A stretch of DNA of 63,873 nucleotides, filler included, from Octopus bimaculoides (taxonomy: Eukaryota), in assembly GCF_001194135.2 (NCBI RefSeq). It is 6 parts of 6 records of this genome, joined end to end, with 100 filler letters (N's around TTAATTAATTAA, not from the genome) between each part and the next. Parts side by side here need not be neighbours in the genome. Positions count along the whole stretch, not along the records: positions 62,733 to 63,873 come from NC_068988.1; 5 more parts are not named here. One strand, written 5' to 3'. A program made the position numbers and the translations under genes. Shown piece by piece: positions 62,782 to 63,873 of the stretch; position 1 is the stretch's first letter, and each line of letters starts with the position of its first letter. A model generated the notes under the pieces. It ran no database searches, had not been told where the DNA came from, and was given only the letters and a program-made list of their open reading frames with translations.

Positions 62782-63873
62782 GATTTAAAACTTAGACCAA
62801 TTATAGCTGGCCGAGTATGCCCTACTCACCGTCTAAGCAATTTCATCGACATTCTATTAAAGTCACTATGTACATACATACCCAGCTTCATTCGGGATGA
62901 CATCGACGTTTTATCCCATCTTCCCAAAACCACTGAAACAAATTCAATTCTACTGAGCTTTGATGTAGTAAGCCTATACACAAATATCCCACATGATTTA
63001 GGAATAAAGGCGGTGGAATACTTGGTAGACAAACACAGGGAAGCAATTCCCAACAGATTCACGGTGACATTCATACTAGAATCAGTGAGACTTATCCTGG
63101 AAAATAATACTTTCTTATTCAATGGAAAGGACTATATCCAAATTAAAGGCACGGCTATGGGAACGAGGTTTGCTCCAGTTTATGCGAACTCGGTGATGGG
63201 TTACTTGGAACAAAAACTCTACCAGGAAATAGAAGAGAGATATAACACCGAATTTAGGAAGTTTATAGAAAAAGCATGGAAGAGATACCTGGACGATTGC
63301 TTTATAATCTGGACCAAACCTCAAAGCACTGTGGAAGAATTCAACACCCTCCTGAACAACCTACACCCATCTATCCAATTTACAAAGGAGATGAGCAGTA
63401 GCAAATTACCATTTCTATATATAATGGTAGTTAAAAGGGACACCGCCATTACCACAGATATATATTACAAACTCACAGACACACACCAATACTTGAACTT
63501 TAAATCGTGCCATCCACCCCATACAAAACGCAACATTCCATACTGCCTAGCCAGGAGAATATGTACTATTATAGAAGATATAGAGACCAGAAATCAGCAC
63601 CTGATGGAACTGAAAGGATTTCTGCTGAAGCAAAAATACCCATCACGACTCATAGAAAATGGTATTCAGCGGGCTTCGAAAATACCCATACAACAACTGA
63701 GGACACCGCAAAGAAAAGACAAACAGGAAAAGATCATTCCATTTATAGTGACACAAAATTCATGCCACCAGAACATCTTAAATATCGCCAAAGCGAATTT
63801 ACCGATCCTTGCACAAAGTAAGGAATTGAGAAATATCATTACAGATCAAAATATAACTCTCAGTAAGAGACAA
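62782..63873 (+). CDS. Penelope-like retroelement reverse transcriptase, open frame running off the window end
   Basis: I found no stop over about 364 codons in frame 1: LRPIIAG..CPTHRLS, SFDVVSLYTNIP, QIKGTAMGTRFAPVYAN, KRYLDDCF, LPFLYI, HQYLNFKSCHPPHTKRNIPYCLARRI. Confidence 0.92.

Overview
Eukaryotic, AT-rich, microsatellite-saturated draft-assembly window with many N gaps. The repeat families look like those of octopus or another coleoid cephalopod (inference from recalled repeat sequences, not a database search). The only confidently recognisable host gene is a minus-strand ARHGAP22/24/25-type RhoGAP, represented by two PH-domain exons (58117-58370, 57223-57348); no GAP-domain exons are visible downstream. 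A second, unidentified minus-strand multi-exon gene is suggested by phase-compatible exons ending at a stop near 294 and possibly starting at about 46-47.7 kb, where CpG depletion ends. Most of the rest is transposable elements: several tRNA-derived SINE families, an RTE LINE and its 3' fragments, a CR1-like fragment, Penelope-like elements (one with an uninterrupted RT frame running off the window end, one with a hammerhead-ribozyme-like motif), mariner elements and MITEs, hAT and piggyBac-like MITEs, non-autonomous Helitrons and a Chapaev3-like transposase relic. The most unusual object is a 626-bp foldback element with a palindromic (CCCTAA)n/(TTAGGG)n core, perfect 38-bp terminal inverted repeats and a 6-bp target duplication, nested in a mariner MITE at 53.0-53.7 kb. 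No CRISPR arrays, rRNA or intact tRNA genes were found. Most ORFs in the supplied track are microsatellite or N-gap artefacts.
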